Positions 20,814 through 32,552 of a stretch of DNA of 32,618 nt are shown piece by piece. The translations under genes and the position numbers were made by a program. Numbering within the stretch: position 1 is the stretch's first letter; every line of letters begins with the position of its first letter. The DNA comes from Craspedostauros australis (lineage: Eukaryota), in NCBI GenBank assembly GCA_030167865.1, contig JALAGF010001063.1, positions 1-32,618 on the forward strand. Direction: 5' to 3'. A model generated the notes under the pieces. It saw nothing but the letters and a program-made list of their open reading frames with translations. It was not told the DNA's origin and searched no databases.

Positions 20814-22943
20814 ATGCCTTCCTTCGATCTTGGTTCGGTTCCTTCGGTCCCTCGGCCGCGCCCTGCGACCGGTGGCTCTGGGGTTGCTGCCTCCAGCGGT
20901 GGCTCGCCTTTCGGCGCTGGCGGTGGGTTGTTTCCGCCTTCTTCTGCGGCTTCTTCGACGAGGGGAGTTGTTGGCGGGGTTGGTAATGCTGGTGTTGTTT
21001 CGTTGTTGTGGGTTGAGTCTGTTGAGGACGTCTGCGGTGGCGTTATTGGTGGATCGGAGGCCAAAGGGGCTGTTTGGTTCTGCACACGCAGCGATGGCTG
21101 CACCACAAGGAGCCATGCTGCGAATAAGGCGCCTCTCGCCGCAGGGAACTTTTATGTCCGCACGTTCAAGGCGAATCAAGAACGGTTGGAACTTTCTGTT
21201 GCGCTCTCTTGGTTGCCTGGTCCTCTCACCAAGGACAGCTTGCTTCCTGAGTGCAAGGCTCCGGCAGTGTGGCGTGCGTTCTTGCAGGACATCGAGTCCT
21301 CTTGGTCTCTGATGGAGGCAGGGGAAGATCTTCTTGTCGTCGATGTCTCCGAGTATGCTGCGGCTGCCACTATGGCCTCACCTCGGCGCGGTCTGGCATG
21401 TAGCAGTCCGCTTGCCAGCGACGACGCGTCTCTCTTGCTTGAGATGCCAGAGGAGTTGACTCCCTTGTCTGAGGATCCTGATGCTGCAGCCTCGACTGAC
21501 CCCGTTCGCTCCAATTTCATCTCCATCATCGACGATTGGGACTCCATTCGCTCAAATTTCTTGCAACTGCAAAACGTGATCAACGGCGTGCGGCGCGGAC
21601 GTGCAAGCACTGGCTGGCCGGATGCAGCAGCTTCAGGCACAAGACCAGCTACTCAACGCACGAATCGGCCAAGGGGCCGGTTCCGATGAGACGCTCAGCG
21701 AACAAATCATCGGAATCCGCGCAGCGGTGGAGTCGGTTCACGGCCAGTAAGCTCTTTTCCAGGACGCTGGCGTGCTTGATTTCGTCACTCGCTGGTCCTC
21801 GGACCTCCCGGTTCTCGATCGTGCATTCGACCAGCTGTTTCAGCACTACCTCGATAACGTAGCCGTCATCATCGAGCGGTTCGACCAGCTGGAAGCCGAT
21901 GTGAAGACAGCCGCTTTTCCTGCCGCCTCGCCGCCTCGGGCGGTTCCGCCATCCCTCAGCATCTCGCGCGCGTCCCATCCGTTGCCCGGTATGATTGCTG
22001 ACATGGTCGACGCCGCTGTGAACCGACGCGTTGCCAACTTGCGGCGTGAGATGGGTCCTGGCCGGACGTCGTCCTTCTTCCCCTCTGTCTCTCCTGTGGC
22101 CGGTGGGCGTGGCGACGACATTGAAGACAGACTGGCGCGCGTCGAGCGCCGTGTTAGATTTTACTTCGTTGGTCAATGATAGTTACCGCACAGCTTCGTC
22201 TGAGTGATCAATTCAAAGTAGAAGGGTGAGGTGGGTTGTCTGTTGTGTTTGTGTTGTGTTATAATGTTAGTGTTATGTATGATTGTTGTCTCTGGGTATG
22301 GAGTGGGTGTGTATTGTGAGATGATGATGGATGATTTATAACTTGTGATTGATTTGAGCGTGATGTACGCGGTTTGCTCGTGATGAATGTGATGGAAATG
22401 GAGAATGATGGATTGTTGATGTGAGTAGGAAAGCACGAGGTGGATTTGTTCCGATGAACATGTGACGAAAATGTATCGAAGCGTGTTCATGGGTTTTGGT
22501 GGCGAAGTCTGTCCTTCTGGGTTCTTCTTTTTCACTGGGATACCATCGGCATGCCAGTGAATTGTGACAGGCCCTCTTCTCGTCAATCATGCCAATTGTA
22601 AGGGAGTAGGGGATTCACTGGTGTAATTCCCATGCCTTGTATATAGAGATAACCATACTGGATATGGTATCATCATCTTGATTCAAGTGTCTCATGTTGG
22701 TTTCTTGGGCTTGGTCCATGTTGATGTGGTGTTTGTTTCGGTTTCGGGAGTTGCGGTAAAATACAACTGCGGTACAATGTTCACAGAAGTGCACTGATGC
22801 ACACATGGACACAATGACGTCATAAGAGGAAGGAAGGATTGGTGGTACATCCACGTTCTAGTTTAGGTGTGTATAGCAGTGTGCTGATACGCCGCGTGGA
22901 CCAAGCTCTCCGCTTGCAGTCGGACCATGCCATCACCGCCGAT
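20814..22943 (+). pseudogene. Disrupted gag/ORF1-like frame of an unidentified mobile element
   Basis: Starts at ATG 20814 with a Cys/His motif (VCGGVIG...WFCTRSDGCTTRSH). There is a frameshift at ~21590 into GADVQALAGRMQQLQAQDQLLNARIG and an in-frame TAA at ~21748. The frame continues to RLARVERR and resumes as VDQALRLQSDHAITAD once the 22152-22889 insertion is removed. It is cut off at 22943. Confidence 0.6.
22152..22889. mobile_element. 738-bp solo-LTR-like insertion with 5-bp TSD
   Basis: Flanked by CGCCG at 22147-22151 and 22890-22894. Termini TGTTAG...CTGATA form an imperfect inverted pair. Composition shifts abruptly to AT-rich non-coding sequence, and excision restores the host reading frame. 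Confidence 0.8.
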
Positions 22944-23446
22944 TGTTGAGATGTACATGCGTGTATATGTCAAGATGTACGTATGTGTATGTGCATCACT
23001 CACCCACTATTCTCGTATACTCACGTACGAACGGTACAACTACATTCATGTCATAGTGAACTGTGATTTGACAAAATCACACCACAAATGGAACACACGA
23101 AAATGAGCAGGATTTCTGGAGGAAATCTGCAAACAACAATTTCTGAGAGTATCAGGAACATCGTCCGTCCATCCATCAATGGGAACGTATGGTACCAAGT
23201 GAAACTTGGTATACTTCCCAACTAAACCTCAAATGACGATATCCGCACTGAGACGTCGACATCATCGACGGCACGTGACATCTGGAGAGCAGAAGGACAA
23301 CAACTGACATTGACAGGATGTCATCATGTCACCACGTCAACATCTGTCTCCATGTCAGGAGCAGAAGGTGAAGATCAGATGACAGAAGTACATGAGGATC
23401 ACGGATACATGAAGAGGAGTTCAAGTGGCAAGTACTCATGGAGTAG
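22944..23446. mobile_element. Left part of a second LTR-like insertion, interrupted by LINE B (continues at 31972)
   Basis: Begins TGTTGAG exactly where the host frame ends. It is non-coding and hairpin-rich, and ends at the LINE B TSD. The other terminus and its TSD are not confirmed. Confidence 0.5.
23433..23446 (+). repeat. Target-site duplication of LINE B, left copy: (TA)CTCATGGAGTAG
   Basis: An identical copy lies at 31958-31971, overlapping the (TTA)4 tail by TA. Confidence 0.9.
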
Positions 23447-23553
23447 TAGAAGACAGTCACGTGACTCTTCCACTGTTGATGACGTACGTAGGACCAGTAC
23501 AAAAAACTTTACGTAGAACCTGTAGAAACCCTACCAGACCAAAATCTTTCACC

Positions 23554-25970
23554 ATGGTGCGCACCGACGCACAAAACACCGCTGGCAAAGCCAACGCAAC
23601 CCCCCGAAAGCCATCGACCATGGCACAAGGAAGGACAGGAAGAGGAGGCCGTCACGCCCGTGGCAAAGGGACGTCCGGAGGAGGTCGAGGAAGCAAGCGA
23701 CAGAACCGAGACTCGCCACCCAAAAAGACAGCAAAAAACCATCCGGTGACGAACGAGAACCGTTGGATTTGGAGCCACCAACACGAGCGCCGCTGGGGTG
23801 ACATCCTATGCGAACGCAACCTGATCACCCGAGGCTCGGACCCCTTCACTGTGCTGTCCGGGGCAGAAGGAGCACTGGATGAGACCATTGCATTCGTGAA
23901 GGAGATGAGGGACGACCTCGCCAAAGGGGCATCGCTGGAGCAGTGGAAGGATATCTTCGAAAAGGCATACGACAACAAGCTTCCAGCAGAGTCGAACCTC
24001 TCGATCGTGCAAATCATGGTGCGACTGGTGGCAACGTCCAACATCTTTAAGTCGTCCATGTGGAAACTGGGCCAAATCAAGGCAACTCATGAAACAGCAG
24101 CATGGATCGCAGCAAGAATCGTGTTCATGGAGGTCAAGGGAATCCGCTTCGACACCGACAGCGACAGCGAGGAGCCACAAGCCACATCGCCAAACCCGTC
24201 CTCCAAAAAGAAGTCACGCAAGCCAAAAAACAAGGTGGTGGCGTACCCACGGAAAGCCCCACAGGCCAGAGAACTCCTGAGTGTGAACGACGTCCTCAGT
24301 GACTATCACAAGACGTTTTTCGACGTACGACTTCCAATGTCCAGAGAAGGCAGCGAGACCCCACTGATCCAAGTTATCGCGGGGCTCAATGCACTACGGG
24401 CATTTATCTTCCGTGCTGATTCCAAAGCACAGATCCTTGCATGGCGTAAGAGCAAGGAGCTCCGCCCCTGGACAGCAGCCGACGTGGCATGGACAAATCG
24501 GGAGACCCTGAAGCAATTTGTGGAGAGCCTATACGCAAGGACGGGTTTCATGACCTACACTCGCATCTGGATCGCACACAAACAGGACCTGGAGGCATTC
24601 GAGGATGATGGCACGCTGGCGACGGCTGCTATCTCCTTCGCGAAATCGGACATCCAAGAGCACAACATCGTGGCAGCAGGATGGCTGTTCGGTAGTCACA
24701 GCTCCATGAATACCAACGACCTCGCAGAAGTCATCAATGAGAACGAGTTGGTGAAGAATCACTGTGTGGTGCAACTGAGGATCCGGGAAATCCAGCTGGT
24801 CCGGCGTCGAGGCCACAGGCCGGAGACGGACGACTTTCGGAACAGGCCAAGAGCAACCCACATCCTGTGTGGTGAATCAAAGTCGAGAGCGTGTCGCGTG
24901 GCCATGAAGGAAATGTTCAATAACAGGGCCGACACAGTTCGCCTGTTGGGCAAACAGATGAGATTCATGCCCGATGCCTTGGACCAACGATTTCACCATC
25001 CCCCATCGGAGCTCGCCAACCTGAGCTCAATGGTGTCCCACCAAGTTGCCTTCGAGAAAAAGATGATGACTCAAGGAGTGTATTCCATCACACAACTGGA
25101 TGTGGAAGTCCCAATTTGGAACCTAACGCTGCGCGAGGTGATCATGAACCTTCGCTCCTTTGAAAACCCGGATTACACACTCTTCGTGTCGGTCGACACC
25201 GACAAAGCCGACTACAATCGAACATTCTTCGTGTTCCACCCCAAACGCCAAGTGGAAGCATGAGAATTGATCTCGAAGCTACCTTTCTTCTGCAGTAAGA
25301 AACTGGACCACAAGTGTCAAGGGTGGTTTACACCGGAGGCGTGGGCCCAGAACGAATACTACGAAGTCGACTGGGAGACTGGATTGGTGAGGAGCAGGGA
25401 AGAGCTGGAGATGGGACAACTGGCACGGCCGGTGCACATTTCCTGGATCTTGACGAGGAAGAGATGGTCGGGCTAACCGCGGCCGACGTGGGGTGGGAAG
25501 GGTATGTCGACGAGAACGGCAACATGAAACCAGTGCCACTGTTGAAATTCGAGGTGGAAATGGTGTCAAACCTGAGAACCCAGAACGGAGACAACGGCAC
25601 CGTGGCCACGTTTGCCACCGCCACGGTAGCCCAACAGTCTGAACACATTGGGGCAGCCATCTCCAACACAGCAAGGAGCAAGTCTGCGAACCCTAGTCGC
25701 TTCGCGACGGACCCGTCGGCGAAGACGGACTTCGACGTGGATAACCCGGGTGCGAGCATTCCGGAAGGTGATGAGAGTGAGACCGACGACGAAGGAGTAC
25801 ACAGCGGGCCCAGGAACAAGGGTGCAAACAGTGACGAAAGCACGAGCGAGGATGACAAGAGTGGAGAGGACGGCAACAGCGCCGATAGCGCGGACGACGC
25901 AGAAATGGGAGATCCAATGGACACCGAAACAACATCGCAGACCGGCGCGGAAGCCGCAAGGCGGGAGTAA
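23554..25970 (+). pseudogene. LINE B ORF1, with a premature stop and a frameshift
   Basis: First ATG inside the element (ACCATGG, 23554). TGA at 25261-25263 falls within homology to ORF1 A (FHPKRQVEA*ELISKL vs FHPAKEMEAKMMIKGL). A frameshift at ~25425 leads into the acidic tail ending TAA at 25970. Confidence 0.85.
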
Positions 25971-26386
25971 AAAAAAAGGAGGAGCAGGAAGCAGTCAGGA
26001 AGGGGAGAGACCGAGCGAACGAACGACCAGCGAGAACGGAAAGAGGCGACACCTATGGAGTCAAAGCAAACAGGAACACAGCAAACAAACAAACGCACGG
26101 CGAACAACAAACACAAATACAGCAAACAACAAAATCAAACACAAACACACCGATAATCAAATACACAACAAACTTACAAACAACCAAGTGAACAAAGCGA
26201 AATCAATCAACACGCAAACCGAGCGACGACAGAAGACAAATCGCCGCGACATCACAACAACAACAACACGACGGACCACGTCCGGAGTAGAGGAGAGGGG
26301 GCCTGATAAATAGGCATCACAGATTAACAATCACCCACACCTCCACCTGCCACGCCGCAGCTACCACAGAGTAGCAGAAAGGCATA

Positions 26387-29300
26387 ATGGCGGACCAAAC
26401 AAACCCATCAGCAGCAAGTAGGCTAAACGATGCTTGCGGGGATACGATGAAAGACAAAACATCCGCGACGATTCGCGTTGTCTTCCAAAACGTGTCTCAA
26501 ATACCCATCCACGCATACCAACAGAAGAATGAGGAAATCTTCGAATTCGTCCGTGCCAGCAAACTCGACGTGCTCTGCCTTGCAGAGACAAACATACGAT
26601 GGGACCATGTACAACCACGGGACCAGTGGTCGGAACGCACACGACAACGACTGCCCAGGTCGAAGCATGCATTCTCCTACAACACGCACGAAGACAAGCG
26701 GGACCCCAGAATCTACGGGGGTGCCGGTGTTGTGGTGACAGAGCAACTGGCCGCCCGCACGTTTCAGAACGGAATAGACCAAAGCGGGATGGGGCGGTGG
26801 TGCTGGACACTGACAGAAGGCAAAGGAGACAAGCTTCTGAGAGTCATCTCCGCATACAGACCATGCAGATCCACGGAAGGTTCTACGACAGTGTGGTCCC
26901 AGCAGGTGAGAGCACTGGCGGCGGCAGGCCGGGAAGAAGACCCGCACGAGGCGTGGAGTAACGACTTGGCCAATGAGATCAGGAAATGGCGAACTGAGGG
27001 CAACACTCTAATACTGGGGGTCGACCTCAACGACAACGTACTGGACTGCACCACTGCTCGCCTTCTGGAGTCCACGGGGCTCAAGAATGCGGTGTGGGAC
27101 AGAACAGGAGACCAGGCGAGGCAAGCTACGCAACAAAGAAACCGGAACAACGTTCCCATTGACGCGATATTCGTGTCGGAAGGAGTGCAGCTGGAGAAGG
27201 CAGGCTACCTGGGGTTCGGCGAGGCCATACCATCCGACCACAGAGCAGTATGGGTCGACATTGGCTTCGAGCAAGTCCTAGGTGTGCCCGTAAAGCCCAT
27301 CCGGACCTCTCAGCCCAGACGACTGGTCCTCAGTGACCCGCGTGTCACCCAGAAGTACAAGATGCACTACTGGAAGAGTACGGAAAACACAACATCAGCG
27401 AACGGGTGCAAGAGTTATGGTGCCTTGCGAAATCACAAGGATGGCGACTTACCCCTGGCCAGCGACTCCAGTACGACAAACTCTTGGCGCAGACCTATGA
27501 GATTAGGCGATACGCGGAGAAGAAGTGCCGCAAGCTGAGAATGGGGGCAGTGGCTTGGTCTCCCGACCTGCAACACGCGAGGAACGTGATCAAGTTCTGG
27601 TCCTTGGAAGTGAAGCACATATCCAGAGTCAAAGTGAGTTCATCCCTTCGGCAACGCACCAAGAAGTCCGTAGGGCTGGACACGGCGGCGACGCTGGAGC
27701 AGGCGAAACAGAAATTGTCTGAAGCATACGCGTCCTACTACGAGCAGAAAAAGCAGCACAAACAAGCACGACAAGACTACCTGGTGGAGATTGCGAGGCA
27801 ACGCCACGACGCCCATGATCAAGAATACGAGGCAGCACTACATCTTTTGCAGAACCGTGAGAGACAAAGAGAGCAAGCAGGCCGCCTTCGGACGATTTTC
27901 GGACAGGACAAGTCGATGACTACCAAAGTCCTGTTCACCGACGAAGATGGTAGGCTCCACGAATGCACTGAGCAACATGAGATTGTCACCACGTGTATCC
28001 GGGAGAACAAGCGAAGGTTCTCACAAGCAAACGGTACTCCCTGTATGACAGGTCGAGACAAGCGCATCATGGACCGTATCTGGCAACCGGAACTCGCAGC
28101 CCATCTAGTGAACCGGGAGGGCACGTCCCCGACCGAACTGGATCCCATGATCCGGACTCTGCTTGCATCACTGGAGCCCATCGCTCAAGACAAGACTGAA
28201 CTCACGGTCGAGGATCACCGGAAAGCGTGGAAGCGACAAACAGAGCTCACCAACTCGGAACCCAGCAGTCCGCATTTCGGCCACTACAAGGCAGCAATGA
28301 TGGTGGATAGCTTGGCTAGAACGGATGCGCAGTTGCGCGACGTCCCATACCAAACAGGGCATTCGCCCCGACCATGGCAACGGATCACAGATGTCGAGAT
28401 CCTGAAGAAGGCCCAGGTGTTCAATATTGAAAAAATGAGGACTATCCAGCTCATGGACGCTCAGTTCAATCTCAACAACAAGAGATTGGGCAGGCAAATG
28501 ATGAAGACGGCGGAGGAAGCGGGCTGGCTGTCCGGGTACCAATTTGGCAGCAGGAAATGCAAATCCGCCATGAGTGCCGCCCTGAACAAGAGGTTGAGCA
28601 TCGACCTGGGCTTCCAACAGAAGGTGGCGATTGGGTTCTGCTCGAACGACGCCAAGTCGTGCTACGACAGGATTGTTCCAAATTTTGCGGCAGCTGCGAT
28701 GATAGCGGCGGGCGCAAATGGGGCAGCCACACGAAGCATGTTCAAGACCCTTCGCGATGCCGACCATCGCATAAGCACAGCGTACGGGGTGTCGGATAGG
28801 TCATACGGTCGAGGTCCCGACTGCGAAATGCATGGCATAGGACAAGGCAACGGAGCGGGCCCCGCGATATGGGCCGTCATCAGCTCCGTGATGTTCAATG
28901 CTATGCTCAAGTTGGGCCACGCATCCCAGCTCACGACACCTGACGGAGGGGTCATTGAGATCCTTGGCTCGGCGTTTGTCGACGATACGGACTTGGTCCG
29001 ACTGGAGTCCACAGGCGGCGAAGGAGCCGACACGGAGGCATTCAAGAACATGGTGCACGACTGGAGCCGGTTGCTTCGCGTGACAGGCGGGGCGTTGGTT
29101 CCTGCTAAGTCAGCTTGGTGGGCCATTCAGCCGGAGTTCGTCAAAGGCGAGTGGGACTGGACGGACGTCGACACCCACACTACAATCCGCATTGAGGATG
29201 GGAACGGCGTCAGGTCTGAGATACCCTACAAGACGATGGACCAGCCCTTGTTCACGCTGGGGGTGTTCATCGACTTTGACGGCGACCAGACCGAGCAGAT

Positions 29301-31851
29301 GCGGAGAATGCGAGCGAAGGCCAAGGATTTCGGCGGCAGGATGCGGTCCGCGCAGATATCACCGGAGGACGCTAAGTCGGCCCTATCATTGCGGTTCATG
29401 AAGACGATCGAGTATGCACTGCCAATGACGCAACTCTCCAGGCAGCAGTGGCGACGAGCCATGGCGCCGGCACTGCTGGCGTCTCTGCCAAAAATGGGAG
29501 TGTCCAGGAATTTTCCGCGGGCCCTTGTGTACGGCACAACCTCGCTGGGCGGGCTGGGAATCACAAACCCCGCCAATGCCCAGCTGATTTCACAAATACA
29601 GCTTGCGTTTGACGAGGTGCATCGTGGAACCCAGACGGGGAAGATGATCGAATGCTCTATTCTGGCACTCAAGGAAGAGTTAGGAACGGGCAGATCTATT
29701 TTTCGGTACCCCTTCGACAGTGTGGGCCATTGTGCCACGCAATGTTGGGTGACGGGGCTATGGCAACAACTCCAAGACACCAGCATCCGGATTGACGAGA
29801 CGACGACGACAGCGAAGATCCAACGGGACGGCGATGGCTTTCTCATGGACATCTGGCTGGAACAAGGCATCAAAGGAGCACAGCTCCGGCACCTGAACAT
29901 GGTGCGCCAGAAGTTGGGAGTGTTACGCCTATCCGATATAGTGTCGGCCAACGGCACAAGGATACTCGGCGAGGCCCATGACGGCACCATAGCCTCATGC
30001 ATACCCAAGCGCTGGGCCAACCAGCCGGAACGGCTACCAAGCGGGTGGTGGCGAGAATGGCAACGCTGGTGCAAGTCCATGTGCTTTCGGGGCCTTCTCC
30101 TGCATGAGCCGCTCGGTAGGTGGCGCCGCGACGATGGGTCTTGGCGGTGGTGGAAGTTACCCTACGGCCACGATATATTCGATGCGGGGACACAACCCCT
30201 ACAACGATACGTGCTCCGCCAGAACAGCAGAACCCGCAGGCAACTCTATGCTCGGCGAGGGACAGTCAACAATCTCCCAGCCGGCGCCAAGCGTGTCTCG
30301 GTGTCTTTCACGGATGCGGGCATGGCGTGGGACAGCTTTGTCGGACTGGCACAGCCGGTCGACGAGCTCGACGCACCCTACGACCCAGTGGAGAATCTGC
30401 AAGGCGACCTCAGCCTCGAGGAGGCCGCGGGCGCCGCGAGAAGATCCCAGCTGCTAGTAGTGAGTGACGGATCATTCAAGGGTTCCAGAGGGACTTCAGC
30501 TTCTATTCTGTACGACAAGGCGACGACGGCAAGCATGATGTGTCAGACGTTTGTCCCAGGTCTGTCCGAGGTGCACAGCGCCTACAGAAGCGAGCTCGCG
30601 GGAATCTGGGCGTCACTGGCCGTGATAGACAGAATGCGCGATCTGGACGCCTCGTGTGTGATTACCATTGCACTTGACGGCAAGCAGGCGATGCTACAGG
30701 CCCAAGAGGACGGACTACGCCCGGGTCAACGGGACTGGGATGTCCTGACGGAGATTCGCGAGCTGCAGCACAGGATTCCGGCGACCCTACAATGGGAGTG
30801 GGTGAAAGGCCACCAGGACGACACCGGCAAGCAGCTGACTGTGTTGGAAAAACTCAACGTTAAGGTTGACGACCACGCCAAGCAGTTCTGGACCCTTACA
30901 GAGAGCCGACGCCGGGTGCGAAGGTGGCATACGTCCACGAACCGATGGAGGCTACGCCTCCGTAACGCCGATTACTCGCATGTGGACGCGAAGGAGCTCC
31001 ACGAGCTTCTGCAGTCTGCCGACGCAGCTACCTATTGGTCATCAAAGTTCCAGTGGGATGAAGATCAGCTGACAAAGGTGGACTGGCACACGTACAAGAA
31101 GACGCGTGTTGCCAAGAAGAACAAAGAGGTGGCTAAGTTCATCTCGAAGTGGTCATCGGGTTTTGTCGGAGTCAACAAGAAGCTTCATCAGGTGGGTCAA
31201 CGTGAGACACCAAAGTGCCAGTTCTGCCAGCAAGACGAAACGACGACGCACGTGCTCCGATGCAGCGAACATCAGGAAGCCTGGCAGACCGCTACGTCAG
31301 AACTACTTGACCGTATGGTGCGGATCGGCACATGTCCCCGACTGGTACGAGATATGAGAGTGGGGCTTGTGAGATGGAGGAGAAAGCTCCGCCTGGACGG
31401 GCCGCAAAGCTACATCGGTTGGTACCCCCTCCTGCTTGGTTTTATCCATAGGGATTGGGTCCGCCAGCAGACACAGTGGATGACGACGAATGAGTGCATG
31501 TACCCCGATGCAGGAGCTTGGGCGCGAGAGATGGTGCGGTGGATCTGGAAAGTACCGTGGGCGGTCTGGATTGCCAGGAATGCAAAAGTGCATGGCGCGG
31601 AACAGCATCCAACGATCAAAGACCTGCGCCGACAGGTTCAGCGGATGCAACAGAGTGCGAGCAGCGATATGACGGCATCGGAGCTTCATTTGCTCAGAGA
31701 CGGTTGGAATATTGAGTATGGCACCAAGCTACAAATGCAGCAGTGGGTGCACTCTATGACGGCGGTTCAGGCGGCAGTGAAGGCCAGACGCAGGTCCCGA
31801 TCTATGCAGGCAGAACGACAAGCCATGGCAACATGGCTAGGAATAGGATGA
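26387..31851 (+). pseudogene. LINE B ORF2 (APE-RT-RNase H-CCHC) with a single frameshift at ~27360
   Basis: APE: FQNV, LAETN, ISAYRP, VDLND, PIDAIF, SDHRAV. Frameshift DPRVTQKYK/DALLEEYGKHN, compared with DPRIVEKFNDEYERHLSQHN in A. RT: DAKSCYD, QGNGAGP, FVDD (28975-28986). RNase H: SDGSF (~30466), SAYRSELAGI, WVKGHQD. Knuckle: CQFC-x7-H-x3-C (31216-31263). Confidence 0.93.
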
Positions 31852-31868
31852 GTGGCAACACTTGACGG

Positions 31869-31959
31869 CTCGCTCAAAGCCTGGTCCTACGGGGCCGGCG
31901 GCGGCGAGGGAAAAGCCTTGAGGCACATCTATGATGTAATCACTGAGTTATTATTATTA
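31869..31959 (+). other. Structured 3'-terminal RNA element and (TTA)4 tail of LINE B
   Basis: Stem CTCGC/GCGAG (31869-31908), hairpin GCC-TTGA-GGC (31915-31924), hairpin ACATC-TAT-GATGT (31925-31937), then TCACTGAG(TTA)4. Confidence 0.7.
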
Positions 31960-31971
31960 CTCATGGAGTAG

Positions 31972-32400
31972 AAGCCAGTAGTGAATGAATGGAGTGTCAA
32001 ATGCGGAGTACGCATCGAGCACAGAGTGTTGCGTAGCACAAGCATGCAACATTGAGAGAGAGAGAGAATACAGAGAGGAGCGAGAGAGCATCTTGCGTAC
32101 CGACTCATAGTCGGATCGAAACGAACTGAACCAACCAATCTGTAAAGAGACAGACGCACCGAGAGCATCGGGCAAGACTATGGAGACATCGAGAGGATTG
32201 GAGTGCTTCAACTAATGAAATAGCAAACAGAAACAGTAACAACCATCACCGTCTTCCATGATTGTAGGCTCCCAATATCGGGACTTTGCCCTAGACGGCA
32301 GGCTAGATAGACTATTGGTGACACAAGACCTAGACTTGTGCACAATAGATACTAGTCATCAATAAGTCACCCAAGCAATCACATTGCCAGTCACACCTAC
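31972..32400. mobile_element. Right part of the LTR-like sequence interrupted by LINE B
   Basis: Contiguous with 22944-23446 through the TSD. It is non-coding with short hairpins and a (GA)n tract, and runs into an N at 32401. Confidence 0.4.
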
Positions 32401-32452
32401 NAGTCGTGTTAACAGTCAATCAAGACTGACGAGTCGTGAATCAAAATTGAAA

Positions 32453-32552
32453 TCAGATTAGTCAAGACTCAAACTGAAGTCGGATGAGTCAAGGTTCTAA
32501 CTGGAAGTCTGATTAGTCAAAGCTCCAGTTGGAAGAATGATTGGTCAAGATT
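32453..32552. repeat. Degenerate 27-28 bp tandem repeat (GATTAGTCAAG core)
   Basis: Units start at 32453, 32480, 32508 and 32536. Confidence 0.65.

Larger units (their letters stand above)
23447..31959 (+). mobile_element. Full-length non-LTR retrotransposon (LINE) B, Ambal-like, about 8.5 kb, inactivated
   Basis: Bounded by a 12-14 bp TSD. It has a 107-nt 5' UTR, ORF1, a 416-nt spacer, ORF2 (APE-RT-RNase H-CCHC) and a 108-nt 3' UTR ending in (TTA)4 at 31948-31959. Confidence 0.93.

Noticed and set aside
23425-23553. ORF-track start of LINE B ORF1 at 23425
   Set aside because: It is a GTG lying outside the element, before the TSD. The first ATG inside the element is at 23554.
31944-31963. 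Hairpin TGAGT-(TAT..)-ACTCA around the LINE B tail
   Set aside because: Its right arm belongs to the target-site duplication rather than the element, so it is probably coincidental.
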